From the NCBI GenBank assembly GCA_965277285.1, contig OZ255721.1, positions 3,360,001-3,424,000 of the forward strand: a stretch of DNA of 64,000 bases. The letters run 5' to 3'. Under the pieces are notes generated by a model. The model worked only from the letters and a program-made list of their open reading frames with translations. It made no database searches and was not told where the DNA came from. The translations under genes were made by a program, and so were the position numbers. Below, one piece after another: positions 43,669 through 53,424 of this stretch. The first letter of the stretch is position 1. Every line of letters begins with the position of its first letter. This DNA is from Abditibacteriaceae bacterium (GTDB lineage Bacteria > Armatimonadota > Abditibacteriia > Abditibacteriales > Abditibacteriaceae).

Positions 43669-44163
43669 ATGATTGAACATGGTTTTATTGGTGGTGATGG
43701 TGGGCCAATAATTGTGCTGCAAGCCAGCGCAATATCGCAATGGAAAGGCGCGGTTGATTTCGAGGATAGTTTGATGAACGGCGGCGCTTTGGAAACCGAT
43801 TACGATGTTATCTGCGAGAGCAAAAAGCATATTCTCAAAAGATACGACTGCGATATGTTGGTGTTGGATGATAGCGAATGGTGCACTCACGTTTTTACTC
43901 TTTCTTCAGGCGCGATTGCATTTGTTCAGCCCTATGGGACAGAGGAAAATGTAGGCGCGCTTCTAAATCGCCTTTTTCAAACGCAGCCTTCCGAGTCGTT
44001 TCCAATGGACGTTCAAGACACGTTTTTGCGTCTTCTCGTCGGCGCCGATGACGGCAACGGCAGTTGTTACAGTTACGAAGACGTGCCGATTGTGCCAGGT
44101 ACCAAGCGTTGCGATTTATTCTTGTCGTCCGACGAACTGGTTCTCATTATCAACGCGGTTTAA
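43669..44163 (+). CDS. Imm21-like orphan immunity protein
   Basis: GGPIIVL.....QWKG ... TDYDVIC resembles the Imm21 N-terminus; lower GC. Confidence 0.55.
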   Translation: MIEHGFIGGDGGPIIVLQASAISQWKGAVDFEDSLMNGGALETDYDVICESKKHILKRYDCDMLVLDDSEWCTHVFTLSSGAIAFVQPYGTEENVGALLNRLFQTQPSESFPMDVQDTFLRLLVGADDGNGSCYSYEDVPIVPGTKRCDLFLSSDELVLIINAV

Positions 44164-44191
44164 CCAAATTTCTCCAAATCTGCCGCAAAAC

Positions 44192-44224
44192 AAAAGCGCT
44201 ATCGAGTACTCGACAGCGCTTTTT
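44192..44224. terminator. Bidirectional terminator centred on TCGAGTACTCGA
   Basis: AAAAGCGCTA-TCGAGTACTCGA-CAGCGCTTTTT between convergent genes. Confidence 0.75.
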
Positions 44225-44299
44225 AGATCGCAATTACCACTTTGGGCGCAAGAACATTTGCATGACCTGGTGTCATCGCTGGCGTTGGACAAAAGCCAA

Positions 44300-46306
44300 C
44301 TACAACGCGCGTTTTGAATTGAGCGATGCGGTGAAGGACAGCGCAAATTCGGCGTCGCGCGGCAAGTGCAATCGCTTATGGAAGAGGAACGCTGAACTTT
44401 GGTGCATTTGCTCGATGGTGCCGCCTTCTTTTTGCGACACGCTGCAAATTGGGATGTGCCACATTTCCAAAGCTTGCGAAAACTGCCATTCGGCTTGAAG
44501 CTGCAACCATCCATCGGCGGCAATCGGGTTTGTCACGTTATGGAAAACCGCGACCTGGTCGAAAGGCAATTGCTTTTTGTGATCTTCCGCGTGATAATGG
44601 CGCGTCGGAAGGTCGGTTCCCGACATCGCCACGTTCCACTCATTGGCCCACCAAACATCGAGAGGCGTTTGCGAAATGTTGCGAATCGAGTACTCGATTT
44701 CGAGCGTGCTCGAACCGGGGCGCAAGGTCAACGATTTTGTGAGGGAAAGCGGTTGATGTTGTCCGTTCGACCACACGCCGCCGTCGCGCGTCAGGCGAAT
44801 GGTTGCTTCATCGCGGCTCGATTTCGTTTGAAAATGCCACGCTTCGCTGATAAAGTCGCCTTGCTCTGGGAAACGCGATTGCGCAAAGTTTTCAGGTGTC
44901 GTGGTGGCGCCCAGAAAATGGTCGAGCAGGGCAGCGCGCGGATACCAATCTTCGGGCGAATCGGGAGCAAGATACGGTTCGTGATAACGCCGTAACGTCG
45001 ACAGCACGTTGTGACGCGACGCTTTGCTCGTCCAATTCCAAATGTGACCGCCAATCGGTCGCACGCTGAGGCGCACCAATTCGTTTTCCAGTGTCAATTC
45101 GCCGTTGGGTTTTTGCGTCAAGCGCACAAAAGGTTTGCTGCCTTCAATAGCGACTTGCGCTTCAATGGTTTTTGCATAAAGCGCTTGCCGCAGGTGGCGC
45201 AAATACAAGCCGCCGAACGTGCCATGCCACAAAGCATCGTTGCTTTGCGCCTGCAAAAGAAGGTTGTGAGCGTTTTTAGTGGAAGCACTCGCGCCTGCAG
45301 CGTTCTTGTTTTCGGAAGCCTGCAGCAGTTCGCAGACGCGCAAAACTTCTTCCTGTATGTCGCGGCTTTCGCGGTAACGATTGAGGAAATTGCGCCAATT
45401 GCCGCCCGACCAACCTTGCATTTCCTCATAGGAACCGGCAGGCAAAGCGATCTGGCGCGGCGCGCAGCGAGGAGTTGCGGTTCGAGTACTCGAACTGCGT
45501 CGTGCATCAAGAATTTGCGACGGCGTGGCGGTTTGCAGCCAATCGCTGTTTTCTTCGAGCAACGTGAAAAAATTGTCGAGCCAGCCTTCTTCGTAGATGA
45601 ATTTGAAGGTGCCAGGCCAGCCGCCGAATTTTTCGCCATCGTCGGCGAACACGACAATGGCGTCGTCGCCTTTTTGCTCGTAAACGCCCTTAAAGTAATC
45701 AATCGATGCCGCGCCTTCGCGCCAGGGAAGGATATAGCGCAAAGGTTGATTGAGCAGAAAAACTGCGAGTTTTTGCGGCTCGTCATGAAGATCCGAGTAT
45801 TCGTTTTGCGGCGCTGAGACTTCAAAAATATCGAACGACTCGGAGCTGCGAACGCTCGCTTCCTCGAAAACGATGCCGTCCACAAAAGTGTATTCCAACC
45901 CGGCCTGGCGAATTGTTGTGGCGAGTTGCGGTTCCCAAACGCGCTCAGCGAGCCACATTCCACGCGGCTTTTGCCCGAAAAGTTCCTGGACGCGCTGGCT
46001 CAATAATTTGAGTTGCGCGATTTGATCGTCGTGTGGCCAAATCGCCAAAATCGGTTCATAATAGCCGCCGCCCAAGATTTCGACCTGACCGCGCGATACG
46101 AGAGCGCGAATTTTCTCAAGCGTTTGTGGCTTGTGTTCGACCATCCAATCGAGCAAAGGGCCGGTATAATGCAGCGCGACCTTGACCTGAGGATGCTTTT
46201 CCAAAACTTCGAGAAATGGCGCATACGAATCGCGCCAGGCATCTTCAAACGACCAGGGAAGTTGTCCGACCGGCTGATGATTATGAAAAGCAAGCGAGAG
46301 AAACAT
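44300..46306 (-). CDS. GH57 alpha-amylase/4-alpha-glucanotransferase
   Basis: HNHQPVG, GGGYYEPIL, GMWLAERVWEP, DDGEKFGGWPGT, AQSNDALWHG.FGGLYL.HLR. Confidence 0.93.
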   Translation of the reverse strand: MFLSLAFHNHQPVGQLPWSFEDAWRDSYAPFLEVLEKHPQVKVALHYTGPLLDWMVEHKPQTLEKIRALVSRGQVEILGGGYYEPILAIWPHDDQIAQLKLLSQRVQELFGQKPRGMWLAERVWEPQLATTIRQAGLEYTFVDGIVFEEASVRSSESFDIFEVSAPQNEYSDLHDEPQKLAVFLLNQPLRYILPWREGAASIDYFKGVYEQKGDDAIVVFADDGEKFGGWPGTFKFIYEEGWLDNFFTLLEENSDWLQTATPSQILDARRSSSTRTATPRCAPRQIALPAGSYEEMQGWSGGNWRNFLNRYRESRDIQEEVLRVCELLQASENKNAAGASASTKNAHNLLLQAQSNDALWHGTFGGLYLRHLRQALYAKTIEAQVAIEGSKPFVRLTQKPNGELTLENELVRLSVRPIGGHIWNWTSKASRHNVLSTLRRYHEPYLAPDSPEDWYPRAALLDHFLGATTTPENFAQSRFPEQGDFISEAWHFQTKSSRDEATIRLTRDGGVWSNGQHQPLSLTKSLTLRPGSSTLEIEYSIRNISQTPLDVWWANEWNVAMSGTDLPTRHYHAEDHKKQLPFDQVAVFHNVTNPIAADGWLQLQAEWQFSQALEMWHIPICSVSQKEGGTIEQMHQSSAFLFHKRLHLPRDAEFALSFTASLNSKRAL

Positions 46307-46407
46307 AGAAAATGGTCTGGGACTTTGGTCTTCGAGGCACGGAGGCGCCAGATTATAGCGCCATGCGGCTGATATGGGCGCGAAAATTGGGTGACGTTGA
46401 GATTTTG

Positions 46408-47064
46408 TCAGGGCGCGTCTGCGGGCAATAACTGCGCCGAAATGATAAGACGATTGGTGCTGCGCGGCAGCGTGCAAGTATAAAGCGTCAGCATGGGCGG
46501 CGCGTCCGCTGCCACCGCTTTTACGCTCGCAGCCTGCGTATCGGCGGCCTGGTACGATTGCACGACCTGATAGCGAAAACTTTGGTGTGGCGTACGCAAA
46601 GTGATTTTCATTCCGGGCAACAATTCATCGACGCGATAAAAATACGAGCCGTAAATGTTGCGATGACCGGCGATGACGCAGTTTCCGGTTTGTCCGGGCA
46701 AAGCGGAAAACGGATCGTGCCCCGGCCCATCGCGCAGGCTGTCTTCGTCTTCGCCCTGCACCACAACGGCATCGAGATTGATTTCAGGAATGATGATGCG
46801 CGTCGGCGGCCAATCGGCGATTTGCGTTTTTTTCGTGGACGCACTTTTCGTGTGGATATTGGACTTTCGCGTACTCGAAGTCAGCGAAACGGGCTGCGCA
46901 GCAGCCTTTTGCCAAGCGCGTTCGAGTTGCGCTTGATGCCAGCGCGCCCAAACAGTTTGTCCGACAGGCCACAACGCCAGAACCACGCCACTCAGCGCGA
47001 CCAGGCTTAAGGTGCCGCGCAAAAAACGCTTCGATGAATTGTCCTCGATGGAACGGGTTTGCAT
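46408..47064 (-). CDS. Sortase (class D/E-like)
   Basis: N-terminal TM; GPGH, NCVIAGHRN, LTLYTC, downstream Arg (His-Cys-Arg triad). Confidence 0.9.
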   Translation of the reverse strand: MQTRSIEDNSSKRFLRGTLSLVALSGVVLALWPVGQTVWARWHQAQLERAWQKAAAQPVSLTSSTRKSNIHTKSASTKKTQIADWPPTRIIIPEINLDAVVVQGEDEDSLRDGPGHDPFSALPGQTGNCVIAGHRNIYGSYFYRVDELLPGMKITLRTPHQSFRYQVVQSYQAADTQAASVKAVAADAPPMLTLYTCTLPRSTNRLIISAQLLPADAP

Positions 47065-47176
47065 AAAGTCAAGTTTACGAAAACACGCGATACAAAAACG
47101 CGGCAGAAACAAAAACGCCGCGCTCTCATCCTTAAAATGAGGGCGCAGCGTTGATGCGTATTCTATGCTGTAAAGA

Positions 47177-47563
47177 TTAGTTGATGCGGCGGCGCAAGGT
47201 CAGCGCGCCTCCGGCCAGGGCGATGCCAGCCAAAGCCATCATCCAGGGTTCGCCGCCGGTTTTGGCCAGCGTGCTGTCATCGGTCGCGGTGGTGTCGCTG
47301 CTGTTGGACGTGATCGTTGTGCTGTCTCCCGTCTGCTGATTGCTGACAGTGCCGGACGAGGCATTGCTCGCGCCTGGTGCGCCACTGTATCCGCTGCTTG
47401 GCGCGCCGCTATATGGGCTGCTGCTTGGTGCGCCGCTGTACGGACTGCTGCCCGGCACGCCGCCAGGGCCACCCGATGACGATGTCTGCGCATGCGCGAC
47501 GCCGCTCAACAGCAGTGCGCTTCCCAATCCCAACAACGAAGCCAAACGTGTTTTCTGAACCAT
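47177..47563 (-). CDS. Small Ser/Gly/Thr-rich secreted protein with LPXTG-like sorting signal (LAKTG)
   Basis: Signal peptide ..VAHA-Q; C-terminal LAKTGGEP + hydrophobic helix + RRR; directly upstream of the sortase. Confidence 0.85.
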   Translation of the reverse strand: MVQKTRLASLLGLGSALLLSGVAHAQTSSSGGPGGVPGSSPYSGAPSSSPYSGAPSSGYSGAPGASNASSGTVSNQQTGDSTTITSNSSDTTATDDSTLAKTGGEPWMMALAGIALAGGALTLRRRIN

Positions 47564-47793
47564 TGGAATTCTCCTCAGTAAGTTGCTTCTTTATTTTCAC
47601 ACTTTGTGTCTCGCAACGCAAATAATCAGAAATAATTTGGTCGCCGCCACAATTCCGGCCTCGGCTTTCGTGCCGTTAATTGCTACGCCGGTTGCAATCT
47701 TTAGACCAATAACAGCGCTTAAAGGAGCACCTTCGTTCATGGCGTGTGCATTGCGCTTGCTGCTTTTCGCCGCTGTACTACACTGCCTGACGC

Positions 47794-48891
47794 ATGAAAA
47801 CGCGCCTACCACTCCTTTCGGTGACCTCGACATCAGGCATCGAGTACTCGAAATCTTCTTTGCAACCTTCGGCCAAAGATCGCGCGCGCTGGATTCTTTT
47901 AATCGCCTTACTTCTGTTTGTTATCGCTTTGGCGGCGACTTTGGGCGCACCAGTTCCTTTATCCGATTTGTGGTCGAGCGATGCCGAAAAGTTGCAAATC
48001 GCGCGGCGCATTTTCTGGCGCGATGACGGCTGGTGGAGCGGCGATTGGGGTTTGCGCCCCGTCCGCATTTTCGCCGGACTTTTGGTCGGCGCAAGTCTGG
48101 CGTCGTCCGGCGCGTGTTTGCAAAGCGTGTTTCGCAATCCGCTCGCCGAACCGTATTTGCTGGGCGTTTCCAGCGGCGGCGCGTTGGGCGCGACCATCGG
48201 TTTGTGGCTGCAAAATCGCGCCTCGTTCGGCTACGATTTGGCGGTTCCTCTGGCGTTTGGCGGCGCGCTCTTGGCTTCGTTTGCGGTTTATGCTTTGGGC
48301 GCGCGTTCGAGTACTCGATCTGCTGTGCAAAGCAATCGTGGCGCGTTGTTATTGACCGGCGTCGCAATTTCCGCGTTTCTTAGCGCGCTGATGACTTTGA
48401 TTTTATCGCTGGGCGACAGCGCGAACCTGGCGCAACAGATTTTGTTCTGGAGCCTGGGAACGCTGACGCGCAGTTCGCCCGCGCAAAATATCCTTTTACT
48501 GTTCGCTCTCGTTCTGGGAATGACGATTTTGCTGGGTTCCAGCCGCGATTTGAACGCCTTGCGCGCAGGCGATGAAGAAGCGCAAACCTTGGGCGTCGAT
48601 GTGCGCAAGTTGCATTTTCGCTTGCTTTTGGCCGCCGCGTTGATGAGCGCGGTTGCCGTCGCGTTCTGCGGCCTGATCGGTTTCGTCGGATTATTGGCGC
48701 CTCACGGCGTGCGACGAATCTTCGGCAGCGATGCGCGAACTCTGGTTCCTGCCGCAGCCGTCGGAGGTGCAACGTTGCTGGTGGCCTGCGATGCGATTGC
48801 GCGTTCGGTCGCCTCGCCGGTGGAACTTCCAGTTGGCGTCGTCACCGCGCTGTTGGGCGTGCCTTTGTTCTTATGGCTGGCACGACGATAA
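47794..48891 (+). CDS. FecCD/BtuC-family ABC permease
   Basis: LQSVFRNPLAEPYLLGVSSGG, GDEEAQTLGV, GLIGFVGL.APH, ELPVGVVTALLGVP.F. Confidence 0.93.
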   Translation: MKTRLPLLSVTSTSGIEYSKSSLQPSAKDRARWILLIALLLFVIALAATLGAPVPLSDLWSSDAEKLQIARRIFWRDDGWWSGDWGLRPVRIFAGLLVGASLASSGACLQSVFRNPLAEPYLLGVSSGGALGATIGLWLQNRASFGYDLAVPLAFGGALLASFAVYALGARSSTRSAVQSNRGALLLTGVAISAFLSALMTLILSLGDSANLAQQILFWSLGTLTRSSPAQNILLLFALVLGMTILLGSSRDLNALRAGDEEAQTLGVDVRKLHFRLLLAAALMSAVAVAFCGLIGFVGLLAPHGVRRIFGSDARTLVPAAAVGGATLLVACDAIARSVASPVELPVGVVTALLGVPLFLWLARR

Positions 48892-48932
48892 GTTTTCTCT
48901 GCCAGCGAAAAGACGCGAAAAAAGAGCGGAAT

Positions 48933-49018
48933 AACGAACCCGGAGCGTGAGCGATGGGCTGACATAAGAGTTACATGAAACCATCGGGTAAGCCCATCGC
49001 TCACGCTCCGGGTTCGTT
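48933..49018. repeat. REPIN-like hairpin, family A
   Basis: Perfect 28-bp arms AACGAACCCGGAGCGTGAGCGATGGGCT / AGCCCATCGCTCACGCTCCGGGTTCGTT inside the operon. Confidence 0.9.
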
Positions 49019-49056
49019 GGTTTTCCTTCATTCGTTAGAACGGAAGTGGTTTTTTG

Positions 49057-49839
49057 ATGCTCGAAATTCAATCCATCAGCGCCGGTTATACAACGGAAAA
49101 TATCTTGCAAAACGTTTCGCTTCAGGTCGGCGTGGGCGAAATCGTGTCCGTGATTGGCCCGAATGGTTGCGGCAAATCGACGTTGTTGCGCTGCATCACC
49201 GGACAATTGAGTACTCGAACGGGCGGCGTTTTAATCGAAGACAAAGACGTGGCGCAAATGCCGTTGCGTGAACGCGCGCGACGCATCGCGTTGTTGCCGC
49301 AAAACTTCGCGGGCGACGACGATTTAACCGTCGAAGAAACGGTCGCTCTGGGACGCACGCCGCATCTTTCGCCGTATGGAACGTTGAGCGCGCACGACCA
49401 TGAAACTGTCAATCGAGTACTCGAAGCGACGAATACCAGCCAGTTTGCGGTTCGTCGTATTGGCGAACTTTCGGGCGGCGAACGGCAGCGCGTCGGTTTG
49501 GCGCGCGCTCTGGCGCAGCAGCCGCGCGTTTTGCTGTTGGACGAACCGACTTCCAACCTCGATTTGCGCTATCAACACGAATTGCTGGCTTTGGTACAAA
49601 AAGTCGCGCGGCGCGACCAAATCGCGGTCGTTCTGGTGTTGCATCAAATTAACCTGGCGGCAGCGGTTTCCGATTCGATGTTGCTGCTGGAGAATGGGCA
49701 AACGCGCGCTCAGGGTTCGCCTTCTGACGTGATGACGCGCGACAATTTGGAAGCGGTTTATCAAGTGCCGCTCACAGTTTCAAATAACGCGACAAGCGGA
49801 CGACCTCAAGCGCAATCGGCGTGGCAGTTTAGGTTGTAG
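49057..49839 (+). CDS. Iron-siderophore/cobalamin ABC ATPase
   Basis: GPNGCGKST, LSGGERQR, LLDEPT, VLH. Confidence 0.94.
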   Translation: MLEIQSISAGYTTENILQNVSLQVGVGEIVSVIGPNGCGKSTLLRCITGQLSTRTGGVLIEDKDVAQMPLRERARRIALLPQNFAGDDDLTVEETVALGRTPHLSPYGTLSAHDHETVNRVLEATNTSQFAVRRIGELSGGERQRVGLARALAQQPRVLLLDEPTSNLDLRYQHELLALVQKVARRDQIAVVLVLHQINLAAAVSDSMLLLENGQTRAQGSPSDVMTRDNLEAVYQVPLTVSNNATSGRPQAQSAWQFRL

Positions 49840-49978
49840 GGCCATGGCTTTCCATGTCCGCTGTGCGACAGGATTGTTCTAATGGCACGAGTCACCCAAC
49901 GGCGCGGACATGGAAAGCCATGGCCCTACGAGTACTCGATTCCACGGAATTGCCAACTCGCTTTGCTATAATCTTCCC

Positions 49979-50977
49979 GTGATTTCCCGTTATTCTCGTT
50001 TCTTCGCCTTGTGCTCGCTGCTTTTTATCGCGGGTTGTTCGGGGCATTTGCCACAAAACAACGATCCCAAAGCGATGGCGCAATGGAAGGAGCGCTATGG
50101 CGACAATGACACTTCGTCGCAGGTTCTCAACACCATGCCGCGCGACGATCTGGATCGCGTTGTCGAGCTGAAAGCGGTTCCCAAACGTGTTCTTGTTATC
50201 GGGCCGGGCGCAACCGAAATCGTTTACGCATTGGGCTTGGAATCGAAACTCGTCGGGCGCGATTCAGCTTCGGATTTCCCGCCCGACAAAGTTCAAAACT
50301 TACCAATTGTTGGCGATTTTAACGGGCCGAACATTGAGCGCGCTCTCGCCGCCAACCCCGATCTGGTGATTTTGCAAGGCGAAACGTATGGCGTTGATCG
50401 CGCTGATGCCTGGCAAAAACAAATCGGTGCGCCAGTTGCTTGCATCGCGGCGACAACGGTCGCGGGACTTTTGAAAGATAGTCAAAAAATCGGCACCTGG
50501 CTGGGACAAAATCAAACCAAGCCGCTTTTCGCGCTGAACTCTGTGCCTTCGAGCAGTCGAAAGTCGGACCAACCTTCGGCGATAATTGAAATCGAGCGCC
50601 AGCCTTTTATGACGGCGGGCGGCGACACTCTGGTCGGCGATGTTTTGCGCCAGGCGGGTTTTTCCAACTCTGCGCAACCCGTCGATGGCTATAAGCCGTT
50701 CAACCTGGAAATCTTGACGGCGCATCCGCCGCAATGGTACATCGTTACTTCAAACACTTTGAAAAGCCAGGACGATGTGCGCACCAAACTGGCGAGCGAG
50801 CGGGTTCGAGTACTCGAAGAGTTGCGCGGCACCAGCGGCATCAAGAATTTGCCGTGCGTCCAACAAGGTCGCGTCCTGGTTGTTCCCGCCGATTGGATGC
50901 TGCGTCCCGGCCCGCGCGTGGCGTTGGCAATTGCGGAAATGGCGCGGCAGCGTTCGCAGTTGGGCATGGAAAAATAG
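49979..50977 (+). CDS. BtuF-like substrate-binding lipoprotein
   Basis: Lipobox IAGC; P.RV..GPGATEI.YALG, PDLVI, RPGPR; start (GTG 49979) uncertain. Confidence 0.85.
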   Translation: MISRYSRFFALCSLLFIAGCSGHLPQNNDPKAMAQWKERYGDNDTSSQVLNTMPRDDLDRVVELKAVPKRVLVIGPGATEIVYALGLESKLVGRDSASDFPPDKVQNLPIVGDFNGPNIERALAANPDLVILQGETYGVDRADAWQKQIGAPVACIAATTVAGLLKDSQKIGTWLGQNQTKPLFALNSVPSSSRKSDQPSAIIEIERQPFMTAGGDTLVGDVLRQAGFSNSAQPVDGYKPFNLEILTAHPPQWYIVTSNTLKSQDDVRTKLASERVRVLEELRGTSGIKNLPCVQQGRVLVVPADWMLRPGPRVALAIAEMARQRSQLGMEK

Positions 50978-50990
50978 CAGCTTTCAAACC

Positions 50991-51068
50991 AACCGCGCAC
51001 GGAAGCAAGCGGGCTGAGTTGGAGCTATATCGTCGCTGAGACAAGCCCGCTTGCTTCCGCGCGCGGTT
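50991..51068. repeat. REPIN-like hairpin, family C
   Basis: AACCGCGCACGGAAGCAAGCGGGCT ... AGCCCGCTTGCTTCCGCGCGCGGTT. Confidence 0.8.
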
Positions 51069-51110
51069 AGTGAAAATTACACAATGGTCGCAAGTCGTCA
51101 GGAGAAAATT

Positions 51111-53051
51111 ATGTGTGGAATTGTCGGTTATATCGGTGGAAAATCAGCGGTTGCGATTTTGGAAAATGGACTCGAGCGCCTGGAGTATCGCGGCTACGAT
51201 TCGGCGGGCGTCGCCGTGATGAACGGCAGCGGCGTCAAGTTGCGGCGCGCTGTGGGCAAACTGGAAGTCTTGAAAAAGTCGCTGCACGACGCGCCGATTG
51301 AAGGTCATGTCGGCATTGCGCACACGCGCTGGGCGACGCACGGCGTTCCCAACGAAACCAATTCGCACCCGCACCGCGACATGACGGACACGATTTTCGT
51401 GTGTCACAACGGCATCATCGAAAACTACGGCGAACTGCGCCAGGAACTGCAAGACAAAGGCATCACTTTTCGCACGCAAACCGATACCGAAGTGTTGCCC
51501 AACCTCATCAAATTGGCGTATGACGCGCTGGCCGATGACATCGAGTACTCGAACGGCGACAAGCCGAACGGCAGTCCACACAGCGATGCGCGCCTGGCCG
51601 AAGCGGTTCGTCGGGCGTGCGCGCGCGTTCGCGGAACGTATGCTCTGGCGGTTTTGCATCAGGATTTGCCGGAAACCTTGATCGGCGTGCGCTGGAAATC
51701 GCCTTTAGTTGTCGGCTTGGGCGAGCACGAGAACATTTTGGCGTCCGATATTCCGGCGATTTTACAGATCACGCGGCGCGTCATTTTGCTGGACGACGGC
51801 GAAATGGCGATTCTGCATCAGGACAACGTCGAAGTCTTCGACATGGACGACGGCAAAGCGCGCCACAAAGCCGCCGCCTTGATCGACTGGGACGAAGCGC
51901 AGGCCGAAAAAGGCGATTTCCCCAACTTCATGTTGAAGGAAATCCACGAGCAACCGGACGTTATCAATCGTTTGTTGTCGCGCTACACCAATCCCGAACG
52001 CACGAACGTCAAACTGGACGGCATCAACATTTCCGATGACGTTCTGCGCGGCGTGCGTCGCATTTTCATCCAGGCCTGCGGAACCAGTTGGCACGCCGGA
52101 CTGATCGGCAAATATCTGCTCGAACGCTTGCCGATGATCGCGGTCGATATTGATACGAGCAGCGAGTTTCGCTATCGTAGCGCGATTTTGGCGCCCGATA
52201 CTTTGGTCATTGCGATTTCGCAAAGCGGCGAAACCGAAGACACCAAAGCCGGTATCGAAGAAGCCAAAAGTCGCGGTCTTCGCGTTCTTTCCATTGTCAA
52301 TGCGCCCGGCAGCGCGATTACGCGCATGAGCGACGGCGTGATTTACACCAACGCTGGCCCGGAAATCAGCGTCGCCTCGACCAAAGCTTATACCGCGCAA
52401 ATCTGCGCCTTGTATTTGTTGAGCCTTTATCTGGGCGATTTGCACGGCTTAATCGACGGCGAAAGGATGAAGCGCCGCCTGGCCAAACTGGGCGAAACCG
52501 CCAACTTGATGCAGCAAATGCTCGAACCCGATTCCGCTTTGCAAACCGGTGTTCGCCGCGCCGCCGACGTGATTCGCTACTCGGAACACGCTTTGTTTAT
52601 CGGTCGCGGTTTCGGTTATCCCAGCGCGCTCGAAGGCGCTTTGAAATTGAAGGAAATTTCCTACATTCACGCCGAAGGTTATCCCGCTGGCGAATTGAAG
52701 CACGGGCCTTTGGCGCTAATTGATCAAAAGCGCGGCACGCCGATTGTGGCGATTGCAACCAGTGGCGTCGTCTATGAAAAGATGATCTCGAACATGAACG
52801 AGGTCAAGGCGCGCGGCGGACGCGTCGTCGCGGTTGTCGGCGCCAACAATCCCGATTTGAAGTGTGGCCAATTGTGGCACAACGACGATGTTTTGGCCGA
52901 TTGCGCGATTCCCGTCCCCGAACTGACCGAAAGTTTCGCGCCCTTTATGCAGGCTCTGGCGCTGCAACTTTTGGCGTATCACATCGCCATTTTGCGCGGC
53001 GAAGATGTCGATAAACCGCGCAACTTGGCCAAAAGCGTCACGGTGGAATAA
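51111..53051 (+). CDS. glmS: Glutamine-fructose-6-phosphate aminotransferase
   Basis: MCGIVGY, LEYRGYDSAG, HTRWATHG, SQSGET, ALKLKEISY, DKPRNLAKSVTVE. Confidence 0.98.
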   Translation: MCGIVGYIGGKSAVAILENGLERLEYRGYDSAGVAVMNGSGVKLRRAVGKLEVLKKSLHDAPIEGHVGIAHTRWATHGVPNETNSHPHRDMTDTIFVCHNGIIENYGELRQELQDKGITFRTQTDTEVLPNLIKLAYDALADDIEYSNGDKPNGSPHSDARLAEAVRRACARVRGTYALAVLHQDLPETLIGVRWKSPLVVGLGEHENILASDIPAILQITRRVILLDDGEMAILHQDNVEVFDMDDGKARHKAAALIDWDEAQAEKGDFPNFMLKEIHEQPDVINRLLSRYTNPERTNVKLDGINISDDVLRGVRRIFIQACGTSWHAGLIGKYLLERLPMIAVDIDTSSEFRYRSAILAPDTLVIAISQSGETEDTKAGIEEAKSRGLRVLSIVNAPGSAITRMSDGVIYTNAGPEISVASTKAYTAQICALYLLSLYLGDLHGLIDGERMKRRLAKLGETANLMQQMLEPDSALQTGVRRAADVIRYSEHALFIGRGFGYPSALEGALKLKEISYIHAEGYPAGELKHGPLALIDQKRGTPIVAIATSGVVYEKMISNMNEVKARGGRVVAVVGANNPDLKCGQLWHNDDVLADCAIPVPELTESFAPFMQALALQLLAYHIAILRGEDVDKPRNLAKSVTVE

Positions 53052-53078
53052 GCAATCGAGTACTCGAAAGCGAGAAAT

Positions 53079-53151
53079 AACGAACCCGAAGCGTGAGCGA
53101 GGGAGCTAATTGACAGTTATCTGTCTCCCTCGCTTACGCTTCGGGTTCGTT
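53079..53151. repeat. REPIN-like hairpin, family A
   Basis: AACGAACCCGAAGCGTGAGCGAGGGAG ... CTCCCTCGCTTACGCTTCGGGTTCGTT. Confidence 0.88.
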
Positions 53152-53203
53152 TGTGTTTGGCGTCAATTAAAAATCAGGTAGCCCGAGTTGCGATCTTGCA
53201 GCA

Positions 53204-53337
53204 CCAGCGACTGAAGTCGCGGCTGAGCCGCCTTTGACGGAAGCGTCGGCCTGCGCCGACGCGAAGTCTCAAGTATTTTTCGTCGGCGCAGGCCGATGAC
53301 ACGGCGCACGCCGCCCAGCCGCGAGTTCACTCGCTGG
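53204..53337. repeat. Composite palindromic element, family B (homolog of 16721-16860)
   Basis: CCAGCGACTGAAGTCGCGGCT ... GCGTCGGCCTGCGCCGACGC ... CGTCGGCGCAGGCCGA ... AGCCGCGAGTTCACTCGCTGG. Confidence 0.8.
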
Positions 53338-53424
53338 CAAAACTATCGCGGGAACAAAACCCGAATCCTCGCGGTCGAACCCCAGCCGCCGATAATCGCG
53401 CGGCGAAAAACCAAAGGCTTTTCT

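Noticed and set aside
47564..47793. Cobalamin riboswitch upstream of the BtuCDF-like operon
   Set aside because: No B12-box or GGGAA..CCCCCGC..CTGT elements recognisable by eye; substrate left unassigned.
50978..51110. glmS ribozyme upstream of glmS
   Set aside because: Only 133 bp, occupied by a REPIN-like inverted repeat; no recognisable ribozyme core.
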